Shown in pieces: positions 62,577 through 64,000 of a stretch of DNA of 64,000 nt. Every line of letters begins with the position of its first letter. Position 1 is the first letter of the stretch. The position numbers and the translations under genes are program-made. This DNA comes from Mobula hypostoma (taxonomy: Eukaryota), in NCBI RefSeq assembly GCF_963921235.1, contig NC_086097.1, positions 115,198,001 to 115,262,000 of the forward strand. Reading direction: 5' to 3'. Below the pieces are notes generated by a model that worked only from the letters and a program-made list of their open reading frames with translations, was not told the DNA's origin and did not search any database.

Positions 62577-62860
62577 ACACACACAAAATGCTGGAGGAGT
62601 TCAGCAGGCCAGGCTGCATCAATGGAGGGGAATAAAGAGTTGACATTTTGGGCCAAGATCTTTCATGATGTTTGGGAAGGATGGGGGAAGAACCAGGATA
62701 ATAAAGGGGAAGGGGAAGGAGTACAAGCTGGCAGAAAAGAGATTAAACCAGGTGAGGGAGAATGTGGATGGGTGGGGGAGAGGGTAAAGTAAAAAGCTGA
62801 GAGGCGATAGGTGGAAGAGGCAAAGGGCTGAAGAAGAAAAAGTCTGATAGGATGCAGCAA
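62577..62860 (-). mobile_element. Penelope-like 3' fragment
   Basis: acacacacaaaatgctggaggagttcagcaggccagg repeat followed by purine-rich PLE 3' region. Confidence 0.75.
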
Positions 62861-63034
62861 TGCATCTGATCTCCAGTTTATTACTAATCTTTAGGGAATC
62901 ACCAGTTCACCATCAGCATGATTCAACACTATTTTCAAAACAAATTTTTATCATCTATAGTGGTGATGTTGCTTGACATTCTTTTAAACTTTAATATTGA
63001 AGGTAGGAACTTCAATCCATTTAAATTCAGATAC

Positions 63035-63596
63035 TAGTGGGTCATAAGGGTTTTGGTCACATATATAGAGTTAGGGTACCTAAGACTTCTGCATAGTACT
63101 GTATTTGTCAAGTTGGAGCAGATAGCGAGTTTGTAAATCTAGCAAGAGCAAAGGATGTTGGGAATGGCAAGGGTGGAACACCATGGGAGAGATGTGGAAC
63201 AGGTGGCAGAGAAGGAGAGCCAGAAGTGGGGGGGGGGGGGGTGGTGGTTGTGGCAGAGGTACAGACATACACAGCCCCTGAGACACCAGGCAAGGAAATT
63301 TGATTCCAAACAATTTGTTTATTGATCATTGCAAAATGTCTCTCTGGTGCTTCCTGATCCCTTCCCTCTCCCTTCCCCTTTTCCCAACCATGATTTCCCT
63401 CTCTCTGCCCCCCTCCCACTCTGTCCACAATAGAGACCGATCTCAGAATCGGGTTTATCATTACTCACAATTGCATGGAAGTTGTTTTTTTTGTGGCAAC
63501 AGTACAGTGCAATGCATAAAATTACTACAATGCTGTGCAAAAGTCTTAGACACCCTAACTATATATATGTGCCTAGGACTTTTGCACAGTTCTGTA
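63035..63596. mobile_element. Putative Tc1/mariner-like composite with ~70-bp palindromic inverted ends
   Basis: cacatatatagagttagggtacctaagacttctgcatagtactgta versus tacaatgctgtgcaaaagtcttagacaccctaactatatatatgtg. Confidence 0.5.
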
Positions 63597-64000
63597 AGTG
63601 GCTACCAATGGGTTTATCATTCATGGAGAGAATAGAAGGTCAGGTAAATTGGTAAGTATGCAGTTGACAGTTTGATAATTAGTTAGAAACATCTACTCTC
63701 ATAATAAGGACATCAATCTGCAGATGTGAGTACTTCAAACTGTGACTATGATTCATCATATGCAACCATGAAAGGTATCCACATTTAGTATCTCAGTGAA
63801 GACAATGATTAACAGGCCTGTATTATTGCAAGGAAACTCTGGCAAAAGCTTGTATTGAATTCTGACTCTTACACCATGGTAGTTGTTGTGGTTGAAAAAA
63901 CTACCCGGAGACCAATACTGTCAATGTTACAAATCTTTATTCAATCAATCTCAAGAATTCTTGCGGAGCAGATCAGGTGAAAGAGTCTCCTCAAGAATTA

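Noticed and set aside
62428..62646. 72-aa minus-strand ORF
   Set aside because: Starts inside a PLE repeat; the remainder has no supported splice structure
1..64000. CRISPR arrays, rRNA genes or prokaryotic operons/defence systems
   Set aside because: No regularly spaced repeats or gene-dense regions; all RT motifs belong to eukaryotic retrotransposons

Overview
Repeat-saturated eukaryotic genomic DNA. The repeat complement (CR1 LINEs with an esterase ORF1, Rex1/Babar, V-SINE/HE1-like SINEs and a Penelope-type terminal repeat containing 'acacacacaaaatgctggaggaactcagcaggccaggcagcatc') points by inference to a cartilaginous fish, probably a ray. No intact host gene can be recognised. Almost every ORF in the track is a decayed transposon ORF or its antisense shadow, and the best host candidate is one orphan minus-strand terminal exon (26099-26359). 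The window holds CR1, Rex1/Babar, RTE, L1-like, L2-like and R4/Dong-like LINEs, Penelope-like elements (PLE), three solo LTRs with 4-bp TSDs, Tc1 and hAT derivatives and several SINEs, often nested with readable target-site duplications. The most interesting signal is at the RNA level. (i) About a dozen PLE repeats carry a minimal type I hammerhead ribozyme motif (CAGTC-CTGAYGA-A-GGGTCTCGGCCC-GAAAC-GTC-GACTG). (ii) A non-coding ~580-bp retroposon family (3 copies) has a 5' region that folds into an HDV/CPEB3-like double pseudoknot with an unusual extra hairpin. Repeat boundaries are approximate unless a TSD is quoted. Family names come from remembered motifs, not database searches.
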